Notes: generated from the sequence alone by a model not told the origin. DNA of 64,000 nucleotides from an uncultured Actinomycetota bacterium (GCA_963743915.1 CAVURN010000001.1:704001-768000), one strand, 5' to 3'. Counted from the first letter of the stretch, positions 55,312 through 64,000 are shown. Translations and numbers: made by a program.

Positions 55312-56809
55312 ATGACCAAGCACGTGACCCACTGGATCGACGGCAAGCTCCACGGCGGCGTCGCCGAGCGCCAGGGTGACATCTTCGACCCGGCCACCGG
55401 ACAGGTCAGCGGTCACGTCGACTTCGCCGACGTGGCCATCGTGGACGAGGCCGTGGCCGCGGCGAAGGCCGGCGTTCGCGCGAGTGGCGCCACGCGTCGC
55501 TCACCAAGCGGAGCCAGGTCCTGTTCAAGTTCCGTGAGCTGCTCGACGCCCGCAAGGGAGAGATCGCCGAGCTCATCACCGCCGAGCACGGCAAGGTGCT
55601 CTCGGACGCGCTGGGTGAGGTCACGCGCGGCCAGGAGGTCGTCGAGTTCGCCTGTGGGATCCCGCACCTGCTCAAGGGCGGCTTCTCCGAGAGCGTCTCG
55701 ACCCGGGTCGACGTCTACTCGATCCGTCAGCCGCTCGGCGTCGTCGGCATCATCTCGCCGTTCAACTTCCCGGCCATGGTGCCCGATGTGGTTCTTCCCC
55801 ATCGCCATCGCCGCGGGCAACGCGGTCATCGTCAAGCCGAGCGAGAAGGACCCGTCGGCCGCCAACTTCATCGCCGAGCTCTGGGCCGAGGCGGGGCTGC
55901 CCGCGGGTGTCTTCAACGTGGTGCACGGTGACAAGGTCGCCGTCGACCGGCTGCTCGAGCACCCCGACGTCAAGGCCGTCTCGTTCGTCGGCTCCACGCC
56001 CATCGCCCGGTACGTCTACGAGACCGGGACCAAGAACGGCAAGCGGGTGCAGGCCCTCGGCGGGGCCAAGAACCACATGCTCGTGCTGCCGGACGCCGAT
56101 CTCGACCTGGCGGCCGACCAGGCCATCAACGCAGGGTTCGGGTCGGCCGGCGAGCGCTGCATGGCCATCTCCGCGCTGATCGCGGTCGACAGCATCGCCG
56201 ACGACCTGATCGCGAAGATCACCGAGCGCATGGGGACCCTGCGCACCGGTGACGGTCGCCGCGGCTGCGACATGGGGCCGTTGGTCACCGCGCAGCACCG
56301 CGACAAGGTCGCCGGCTATGTCGCCGCCGGGGTCGAGGAGGGCGCATCGCTGGTGGTCGACGGCCGCGAGGTGCAGCCGGACGGTGAGGCCGGATGGCTT
56401 CTGGCTCGGCCCCACGCTGTTCGACAACGTCACGCCCGACATGAGCATCTACACCGACGAGATCTTCGGACCGGTGCTGTCGGTGGTGCGCGTGCACTCC
56501 TACGACGAGGGCCTCAAGCTCATCAACGACCACCCGTACGGCAACGGGACCGCGATCTTCACCAACGACGGTGGCGCCGCGCGCCGCTTCCAGAACGAGG
56601 TCGAGGTCGGCATGGTCGGCATCAACGTGCCGATCCCGGTGCCGATGGCCTACTACTCGTTCGGGGGCTGGAAGAACTCCCTCTTCGGCGACACCCACGC
56701 GCACGGCATGGAGGGCGTGCACTTCTACACCCGCGGCAAGGTCGTCACCAGCCGCTGGCTCGACCCGAGCCACGGCGGCATCAACCTCGGCTTCCCGCAG
56801 AACGCCTGA
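55312..56809 (+). CDS. mmsA: CoA-acylating methylmalonate/malonate-semialdehyde dehydrogenase; several indels
   Basis: [24 protein letters not shown]|[44 protein letters not shown]. Confidence 0.9.
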
Positions 56810-56899
56810 GCCGGCGTCCCGCAGAACGCCGAGCTGCTCACCTCGCTCACCCGCTTGGGTGATCGACCCGCGAGCGCTCAAGGTCGATGCTTACTGACT

Positions 56900-57424
56900 G
56901 TGAGCACCGGGGGAGCACGCGACGTCATTCGGGTCATCACCGACTTCCGGAGAGCGTTGGGCGAGGTGGCGCCGCAGGACTGTCCTGAGGCTGCCGCCGA
57001 GTTCCTCTGTGAGCTCTTCGAGGGCTCGGCGACGGCGCTCAACCTGATGGACTACGGCCAGACCCGGTTCCAGACCGTGACGAACGTGGGTCGGCTGACG
57101 CGGGACGAACGCCGCGTGCCGCTGGGTGAGTACTACGGGTTCGCCGACTTCCCCATGACGACGCAGGCGCTGGCGAAGGGTGCGGCCTACCGGTCCTCCC
57201 TGCTCGACCCCAACTGTCCTCCGGAGTACCGCACGCTGTTGAGCGCGCAGCGTCGCACCGATTGCATGGGGGCCCCGATCCGCCTCTCCGGCCGTCCGGT
57301 GGGGGAGTTCTGGGTCTCCCGTGACTCCGGTCGGCCCTTCACCGAAGTCGACGAGGACTTGGCGGTCGCCTGCGGCGCCACGCTCGCCCGCTACTTCCGG
57401 CCGAGCTGGGCTCACGCCGGCTGA
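56900..57424 (+). CDS. Stand-alone GAF-domain protein
   Basis: YGFADFPMTTQAL, CMGAPIRLSGRPVGEFWVSR...PFTEVDEDLA GAF pattern; start uncertain. Confidence 0.75.
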   Translation: MSTGGARDVIRVITDFRRALGEVAPQDCPEAAAEFLCELFEGSATALNLMDYGQTRFQTVTNVGRLTRDERRVPLGEYYGFADFPMTTQALAKGAAYRSSLLDPNCPPEYRTLLSAQRRTDCMGAPIRLSGRPVGEFWVSRDSGRPFTEVDEDLAVACGATLARYFRPSWAHAG

Positions 57425-57451
57425 GTCGTTCCCGGTCGGTAGGGTTCGCGC

Positions 57452-58480
57452 ATGACGCGCTACGGCCCCATGTTCGGCCCTGACATCACCTTCCTCGGCG
57501 TGCCCGCCTGTGACCTCGACGAGCCGGACACGTACGCGGACGCCGACGTGGTGATCGTGGGTGCGCCGTTCGACGGTGGCACCAGCCACCGCCCTGGCAC
57601 GCGGTTCGGTCCCATGGCCATGCGCTCCACCGACTACCTACCGCACGACGGCGTCCGCCCGCACATGGCGATGCGGGTCGAGGCCTTGACCGAGGACCTC
57701 CGCGTGGTCGACGCGGGTGACCTCGAGGTCTACTCGGGCGACGTCGTGCGCAGCTGTCAGATCATCGAGGACGCGGTGGCCACCATCGCTGAGTCCGGCA
57801 AGATCCCGCTCGTGCTCGGCGGCGACCACACCGTCACCTGGCCGGACGTCACCGGGGTCGCCCGCGCCGCCGGCTACGGCCGGGTGTCGGTGATCCACTT
57901 CGACGCCCATGCCGACACCGGCGACATCGAGTTCGGCTCGCTCTACGGACACGGCCAGCCCATGCGCAGGCTCATCGAGTCGGGTGCTGCGCGCGGCGAC
58001 CGCTTCCTGCAGCTGGGGCTGCGCGGCTACTGGCCCGGCCCGGACATCCTCGACTGGATGGCCGACCAGAACATGCGTTCGTTCCACATGAGCGAGATCG
58101 TCGCCAAAGGCCTCGACGCGGTGCTGGACGAGGCCTTCACCATCGCCACCGACGACTGCGACGGGATCTTCCTGTCGGTCGACATCGACGTCTGCGACCC
58201 CGGGCACGCCCCCGGTACCGGCACCCCGGAACCGGGGGGACTGACCGCCCGCCAGCTGCTCGACGCCGTCTCGCGCATCTGCTACGAGCTGCCCGTGCTC
58301 GGCGTCGACGTGGTGGAGGTCTCCCCGCCCTACGACCACGCCGAGATCACCGCCTTCCTGGGCAACCGGGTGGTGCTCGAGGCCCTCTCCGGCATCGCAC
58401 GACGCCGCAAGGACGGCGGCCAGGTGCGCTGGGACCGGGCCACCCCGCTGCTCGACGGGCGTGGCTCCGGGTCCGTCTGA
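57452..58480 (+). CDS. speB: Agmatinase / ureohydrolase
   Basis: PGTRFGP, LGGDHT, HFDAHAD, SVDIDVCDP..APGTGTPEPGG, DVVEVSPPYD. Confidence 0.9.
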   Translation: MTRYGPMFGPDITFLGVPACDLDEPDTYADADVVIVGAPFDGGTSHRPGTRFGPMAMRSTDYLPHDGVRPHMAMRVEALTEDLRVVDAGDLEVYSGDVVRSCQIIEDAVATIAESGKIPLVLGGDHTVTWPDVTGVARAAGYGRVSVIHFDAHADTGDIEFGSLYGHGQPMRRLIESGAARGDRFLQLGLRGYWPGPDILDWMADQNMRSFHMSEIVAKGLDAVLDEAFTIATDDCDGIFLSVDIDVCDPGHAPGTGTPEPGGLTARQLLDAVSRICYELPVLGVDVVEVSPPYDHAEITAFLGNRVVLEALSGIARRRKDGGQVRWDRATPLLDGRGSGSV

Positions 58481-58643
58481 GACCCTCTCTGACCTGGGCA
58501 ATATCACTCTCCGTAACATCGCCTGACACTGTGTGTTCACCCGTATGGCGGTCTAACGATGTCGCTCTCCGGCACGAAGTAATCACTGTGGGGGTGACGT
58601 TGTGCACTTCCCGCTCGTCGCGACTGAAATGGGAAGGGGAGCG

Positions 58644-58751
58644 ATGAAGAACATCAAGTCAGAGATGGTGGTCCGAGGCAGCGCTGCTGCGGTGGGCCTC
58701 ATGGTGCTCGTGTCCGTTGTCGGGGCCGGCACCAAGTGGATGAACAACTAA
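58644..58751 (+). CDS. Small hydrophobic peptide 1 (35 aa), putative signal-peptide precursor
   Basis: MKNIKSEMVVRGSAAAVGLMVLVSVVGAGTKWMNN*; SD GGAAGGGGAG; paralogous to the next ORF; not in the ORF track. Confidence 0.8.
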   Translation: MKNIKSEMVVRGSAAAVGLMVLVSVVGAGTKWMNN

Positions 58752-58764
58752 AGGAGGCGATCAC

Positions 58765-58871
58765 ATGATGGACGAGCTCAAGGCTCGCGTGATCGTCTCC
58801 GTGCTGGGCAGCGCCGCCACGGTGGTGACCCTGGCATCTGTGGTCGGAGCCGGAAAGAAGTGGGCCGCTAA
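58765..58871 (+). CDS. Small hydrophobic peptide 2 (about 35 aa), putative signal-peptide precursor
   Basis: MMDELKARVIVSVLGSAATVVTLASVVGAGKKW; perfect SD AAGGAGG; as assembled it reads on to 59070, but one extra G in tggg gives ...KKWGR* ending at TAA 58869-58871. Confidence 0.75.
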
Positions 58872-60986
58872 CGACACCAGAAGGGGGAGCCGTCGATCGT
58901 TCGGCGGCTCCCCTTCTTCGTCGTCCCGAGTGGGCGCTTTCGGCCTACATCTGGGCCGTCATCGTCGACGGGGCTGCTGCTCCTGGTCGTGTCACTCTTC
59001 CTGGCACCGCTGTCCGAGGCCTTCGGGGTCGACGCATGGGGCGGATACCCCTCCCAGGGACTCGTGCTGACCCTGCTCGTGGGCACGGTGATCATCGGGG
59101 AGCTGCGCCCCGTCCCGGTGCCGCGCGGCGGCGACACCGCCGACATGATCACCATCTCCACCACGTTCACCCTCACGCTGGCCATCGTGGGTCCGGTGAG
59201 CGTCGCCCTGCTCGCCCAGGCGGTCGCTGTGCTCATCGACGACGCGATCTCCCGTCGGTCCCCGGTCAAGATCGCCTTCAACGTCGCGCAGTACACGATC
59301 ACGGTGATGGCCGCCCATACCGCGTACTCCCTCGTCGTCGGCGAGCCGGTCTTCGGGCCCTACAACTACTTCGACCACAACGCGCTGGAGCTCGCAGGTG
59401 CCTGGTCGCCGCCTTCGTCTTCCTGCTGGTGAACCAGGCACTGGTCTCCACCGTGGTCTCGCTCGCCTCCGAGCAGCGCGTCCGTACCGTCTTCGTGCAG
59501 GACCTGCGCTTCCAGGCGATGACCGCCGGCGTCCTCTCGATCCTCGCCCCCGTGGCAGCGCTCGTGGTGCAGGCGCAGCCGCTGATGCTCCCGATGCTGA
59601 TCGCGCCGGTCGCTGCGGTCTACAACAGCGCGCAGGCTCGCCGTCGCGATGGGTCGTCAGGCGAGCCACGACGCGCTGACCGGCCTGGCCAACCGCGAGC
59701 TGTTCCGCGAGCGGGCGGTCAAGGCACTCGAGGACTCGCAGCGGACCGACCAGCCCCTGGCGATCATGATGATCGACCTCGACCACTTCAAGGAGATCAA
59801 CGACACCCTCGGCCACCAGGTGGGCGACGAGCTGATCTGCGAGGTCGCTCACCGGCTGGAGGAGGCACGGCCAGCGGGTGCCACGGTGGCCCGCCTCGGT
59901 GGCGACGAGTTCGCGGTGCTCCTGCCGGACATCCCCGACCTCTCGGTCGCTGAGGACGTGGCCACGTACCTGCTGTCGGTCCTCGGCAAGTCGTTCTCGG
60001 TGGGCGGTGTCCGGCTGGTGGTGCAGGCGAGCCTCGGCATCGCCCTTGCTCCTGACCATGGCGACGACGTCCACACGCTCATGCGCCGCTCCGACATCGC
60101 GCTCTACGAGGCGAAACGCGAGCGCGCACGCTTCTGTGCCTACACCTCCGAGGACGAGGACACCCACACCCCGCAACGTCTCACGATCCTCACCGACCTG
60201 CGGTCGGCGGTGGAGGAGGACGAGCTCTTCCTCGTCTACCAGCCGAAGATCGATGTCGCGAGCGGCGAGGTCGCCGGTGTCGAGGCGCTGGTGCGCTGGA
60301 ACCACCCCACCCGCGGCATCCAGTACCCCGACACGTTCATCCCGCTGGCCGAGAACACCGGTCTCATCACACCGATCACGTGGTTCGTGGTGGAGCGCGC
60401 CCTCCGTCAGGTGCGGACATGGCAGGAGAACGGGATCGACCTGTCGGTCGCGGTCAACCTCTCGGTGCGCCACCTCACCGACATGAGTCTGCCGGACCGG
60501 ATCGCGGTCGCCCTCGAGCGCTGGGGGGTGGCACCGTCCAAGCTGGTGGTCGAGGTCACCGAGAACAGCATCATGACGGACCCGAAGCGTGCGACGGTCG
60601 TGCTGCAGCAGCTGCGCAGGATCGGCGTCGAGATCGCGATCGACGACTACGGCACCGGCCATGCGTCCCTGAACTACCTCAAGCGCTTCGACATCGACGA
60701 GCTCAAGGTGGACAAGTCGTTCATCATGAACCTGGACCCCGACTCGAGCGACGCGATCATCGTCGCCTCCACCATCGAGCTCGGCCACAACCTCGGGCTG
60801 CGGATCGTCGCCGAAGGGGTCGAGGACGCCGCGACGCTCGAGTGGCTCGGCGGCCTCGGGTGCGACATCGCGCAGGGCTTCCACATCGGGCGACCGATGA
60901 CTCCGGAGGCCATCGTCGAGGTCGTGCGTGAGCGCGGCGGGGACCACCGGTCCGCTGGTCCGCTGCGTCTGGTCGGGAGCAGCTGA
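58860..60986 (+). CDS. Polytopic membrane GGDEF-EAL (diguanylate cyclase/phosphodiesterase) protein; indels near 58862, 58967, 59400, 59640
   Basis: N-terminal multi-TM region split over frames; HDALTGLANR, DLDHFKEINDTLGH..GD, RLGGDEF, YQPK, EALVRW, DDYGTG, LKVDKSF, AEGVE, QGF; start inferred. Confidence 0.9.
58879..58917 (+). terminator. Strong hairpin immediately after the peptide genes
   Basis: AGAAGGGGGAGCCGTCGA-tcgt-TCGGCGGCTCCCCTTCT. Confidence 0.75.
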
Positions 60987-61634
60987 TGCTCGTCCTCGTC
61001 CTGTGCGTCTTGTCGCTCGCGTCGCCCGTGCTGTTCGGCGGGCAGATGTCGCGGCTCGCCTTCGTCCGGTTCCGTGGCTGGTGGATCCTGGTCGCGGCGC
61101 TGCTCGCGCAGATCGTCATCATCGAGGTGGTTCCCGACGCGAACCGCACGCTGCTGGAGAGCGTGCACATGGCGACGTACGTCGCGGCGGGCGCCTTCGT
61201 CGCCATGAACTGGCGGGTGCCGGGACTCCTGGTCATCGCGCTGGGGGGCGCCTCGAACGGCATCACGATCGCCCTCAACGGCGGGCAGCTGCCGGCGTCG
61301 CGACCCGCTCTGGAGATGGCGGGCATCGAGGTGGCCAACGGTGACTTCATCAACTCCGGTGTGCTGAAGGACCCCGTGCTGCCGCTTGCTGGGTGACTAC
61401 TTCGTGTGGCCTGAACCCTTTCCGTTCGCCAACGTGTTCAGCGTCGGGGATGTGCTGATCGTCCTCGGTACGCTCTACGGCGCTCACAAGATCACCGGGT
61501 CGCGTCTGGTCAAGCGCCCGTGGCGGCTGCCCGACGACGTCGAGGCGATGCTGCGGGGAGGCCGCGGGGACGCCGAGGTGCCGGCTGGGGCGGCAGAGGG
61601 GCAGTCCGGTCGTCTGCGGATGCGGTGCCGGTAG
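60986..61634 (+). CDS. DUF5317-like membrane protein (signal peptidase II-like motifs); indel near 61385
   Basis: LFGGQMSRLA, LGGASNGITIALNGGQLP, LGDYF, FANVFSVGDVLIVLG; translationally coupled (TGATG) to the GGDEF-EAL gene. Confidence 0.78.
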
Positions 61635-61809
61635 CCGCGGCTCCGGAGTCCCTCGCCGAGCGTCTCGCCCGACGTCGGGGCCCTAACCAGCGAAGAGCAC
61701 GACACAGGTTAGGATCGGTGGCGCCGCGAGCCCGATGCCCGGAGGATGCCACCCCGAAGGGCTCGGGTCCATGGACACCGCGGCGTCCGCCGACGGAAGG
61801 ACTTCTCTC

Positions 61810-63032
61810 ATGCGCATCCTGCTGGTCGGAGCAGGGGGTGTCGGCTCGGCGGTCGTGCCGATCGCTGCTCGCCGTGACTTCTTCGAGACCGTGGTGGTGG
61901 CCGACTACGACCGTGACCGCGCCGAACGTGCCGTCGCGCAGGTGGACGACCCGCGCTTCGTCGCTGCCGAGGTGGACGCGTCGAACGCCGAGGCAGTGGT
62001 CGGTCTGGTCCGTGAACATGCGATCACCCACGTCCTCAACGCCGTGGATCCACGGTTCGTGCTCCCCATCTTCAACGGGGCGTTGGCGGCTGGTGCTGAC
62101 TACCTGGACATGGCGATGTCGCTGTCGTTCCCCCATCAGGACGAGCCGTACGCCAAGACCGGCGTCAAGCTCGGCGACGAGCAGTTCGCGGTGGCCGGTG
62201 AGTGGGAGAAGGCCGGTCGGCTGGCACTGGTGGGCGTAGGCGTCGAGCCCGGCCTCTCCGACGTGTTCGCCCGCTACGCAGCCGACGAGCTCTTCAGCGA
62301 GATCGACGAGGCCGGTGTCAGGGACGGATCGAATCTCGAGGTCGACGGGTACACGTTCGCTCCCTCGTTCTCGATCTGGACCACCATCGAGGAGTGCCTG
62401 AACCCGCCGGTGATCTGGGAGAAGGACAGAGGGCTGGTTCACGACGCCTCCCTTCTCCGAGCCGGAGGTGTTCGACTTCCCGGAGGGCATCGGACCGGTC
62501 GAGTGCGTGAACGTCGAGCACGAGGAGGTCCTGCTCATCCCGCGGTGGGTCGACTGCCGGCGCGCGACCTTCAAGTACGGCCTGGGTGAGGAGTTCATCG
62601 ACGTCCTGAAGGTGATCCACAAGCTCGGCATGGACCGGACGCAGAAGGTCGCGGTGGGGGACGTCGGAGGTCAGCCCCCGCGACGTCATCGCCGCGCTGC
62701 TTCCCGACCCCGCCACGCTCGGCGACCGCATGACGGGCAAGACGTGCGCCGGCACGTGGGTGACCGGTACCGGCAAGGACGGCAAGCCCACGTCAGGTGT
62801 ACCTGTACCACGTGGTCGACAACGAGTGGACGATGCGCGAGTACGGCTCGCAGGCCGTCGTGTGGCAGACGGCGATCAACCCCGTCGTCGCCCTCGAGCT
62901 GCTGGCCGACGGGTCATGGTCGGGAACCGGCGTCCTGGGACCGGAGGCCTTTCCGCCGAAGCCTTTCCTGGACAAGCTCGTCGCCTACGGGTCACCGTGG
63001 GGCATGCGCGAGGAGACGCCACGCCAGCATGA
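61810..63032 (+). CDS. Saccharopine dehydrogenase family protein (carboxy(nor)spermidine synthase-like); several indels
   Basis: MRILLVGAGGVG Rossmann motif, YLDMAMS, GVEPGLSDVFARYA, EECLNPP, HEEVLLIPR, QAVVWQTA, GVLGPEAF. Confidence 0.85.
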
Positions 63033-63553
63033 GACGCCACCTGGTCGTGGCGGCCGCTGGGGTCTTCGGGCTGTCGGTGGTTGGCTGCATGGATCAAGGT
63101 CCGATGGATCAGCTGCGCGAAACGATGAGCACCCTGTCCGTTCCCGAGGCCCTGGAACCCTGGCGGGTCCAGCCCTGGAAGGGGGTCGACGGATGGGAGT
63201 CGCTCGAGATGCGGGACGGACGTGACGCGCTCATCTGGGAGGGTCCCCGAGGCATCGACAACGAAGACGCCTGGATAGCAAGTGGCTGGCGGCTCGAGCC
63301 CGTTGTGTCCGAGGGTGATCCCGTCGACCAGGCCTGTGCGGTGCTCGTCGAGCTCGTCGAGGCGAATGTCGCGGCTCGCGACACGATGACCGGCGAACCC
63401 GTCAAGTGTCAGGACGAGAAGTGGCCCATCAAGCGGTCGTACTCGCTGGAATGGTCGACCACGCAGGACGGACGATCGCTCGAAGCGGACGCCACACTGA
63501 GGGAGACGGGGCGCGCTGACGTCTTCACCTTCACCGTGACCGTCGGCGAGTGA
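63029..63553 (+). CDS. Putative lipoprotein, function unknown
   Basis: MRRHLVVAAAGVFGLSVVGC signal peptide and lipobox; ATGA overlap with the upstream gene. Confidence 0.65.
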   Translation: MRRHLVVAAAGVFGLSVVGCMDQGPMDQLRETMSTLSVPEALEPWRVQPWKGVDGWESLEMRDGRDALIWEGPRGIDNEDAWIASGWRLEPVVSEGDPVDQACAVLVELVEANVAARDTMTGEPVKCQDEKWPIKRSYSLEWSTTQDGRSLEADATLRETGRADVFTFTVTVGE

Positions 63554-63590
63554 CCAGCCGACCTCCGGGCCCGAGCGGCTGGCGTACCCG

Positions 63591-64000
63591 TCAACGACTG
63601 AGCGTTGCCATGACGGGACCGAGGACCGTGGCGATGATGCGCGCGTGACGCAGCTGCAGGCGGGACCACGGCGCCCGGTCTCGCCGGGAGCACTCGAGCA
63701 GCCCGACGACGCTGCCGGCAGCGAGGACCGGGATGCCGATCATCGTGGCCATGCCCTCGGTCGTCATCCACGCCACCTCCGCCGGATCGGCATCGGGGTC
63801 GTCACGGTCGACGGTCATGATCTCGAGGGTCTCGAGGCACCGCGCCGTCTGCGGATAGTCCGCCAAGGGGTACCGCATCCCGTCGGGCATCCACACCCGC
63901 CGGGACATTCCCTGCGCGTACTGGCGGGTCGGGTCGACCGAGGAGATCTCGGCCAGGTCGCACTGCAGGTGGGCGCTGATGGCATCGGCCATCCGGGCAA
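63591..64000 (-). CDS. GAF-domain-containing protein (C-terminal part; N-terminus outside the window)
   Basis: YPLADYPQTARCL...DPDADPAE...MIGIPVLAAGSVVGLLEC...PWSRLQLRHAR. Confidence 0.75.
   Translation of the reverse strand, partial: ARMADAISAHLQCDLAEISSVDPTRQYAQGMSRRVWMPDGMRYPLADYPQTARCLETLEIMTVDRDDPDADPAEVAWMTTEGMATMIGIPVLAAGSVVGLLECSRRDRAPWSRLQLRHARIIATVLGPVMATLSR

Noticed and set aside
56793-56830. 14-bp direct repeat TCCCGCAGAACGCC spanning the mmsA 3' end
   Set aside because: Only about 10 nt separate the copies; a local duplication with no element between them
58644-58871. RiPP (lanthipeptide/lasso) precursor or type I toxin interpretation of the peptides
   Set aside because: No modifying enzymes or exporter nearby, no Cys or lasso motif, and no evident antisense RNA; linkage to a GGDEF-EAL protein and a protease-like gene fits signalling better, though this is not proven
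58765-59070. 101-aa ORF as a real protein
   Set aside because: Similarity to peptide 1 ends at KW; the remainder runs through a hairpin and overlaps the receptor's first TM out of frame; likely an indel artefact
63013-63040. GAGACGCCAC 10-bp direct repeat at the dehydrogenase/lipoprotein junction
   Set aside because: Too short and too closely spaced to support a target-site duplication; the region also has an indel

Overview
High-GC actinobacterial chromosomal segment with no rRNA, tRNA, CRISPR array or clear IS/prophage. Positions 1-28.7 kb are conserved housekeeping synteny: rpmF, rnc, mutM, smc, ftsY, ffh, rpsP-khpA-rimM-trmD-rplS, two lepB, rnhB, yraN-comM-dprA-xerC, whiG/fliA, rpsB-tsf-pyrH-frr-cdsA and rlmN. 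This block is interrupted by a DUF222/HNH gene that has a canonical promoter and a LexA box. Positions 29-58.5 kb form a large polyamine/diamine uptake and catabolism island: two PotABCD-type ABC transporters, two aminoaldehyde dehydrogenases, a class III aminotransferase, an FAD oxidoreductase, MmsA, agmatinase, a CoA-transferase with a glutaryl-CoA-type dehydrogenase, and several regulators with visible operator motifs. A glycosyltransferase-kinase-SIS trio is embedded in the island. The most novel signal is at 58.6-61.7 kb: two tandem ~35-aa hydrophobic peptides sharing a C-terminal SVVGAGxKW motif (the first is missing from the ORF track), followed by a polytopic membrane GGDEF-EAL protein and a DUF5317-like membrane protein with signal-peptidase-II-like motifs. 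This is a candidate peptide-signal/c-di-GMP system. The assembly contains many single-base indels, even in essential genes such as trmD, so frameshifts are treated as probable sequencing errors. All calls come from reading the sequence; no searches were run.
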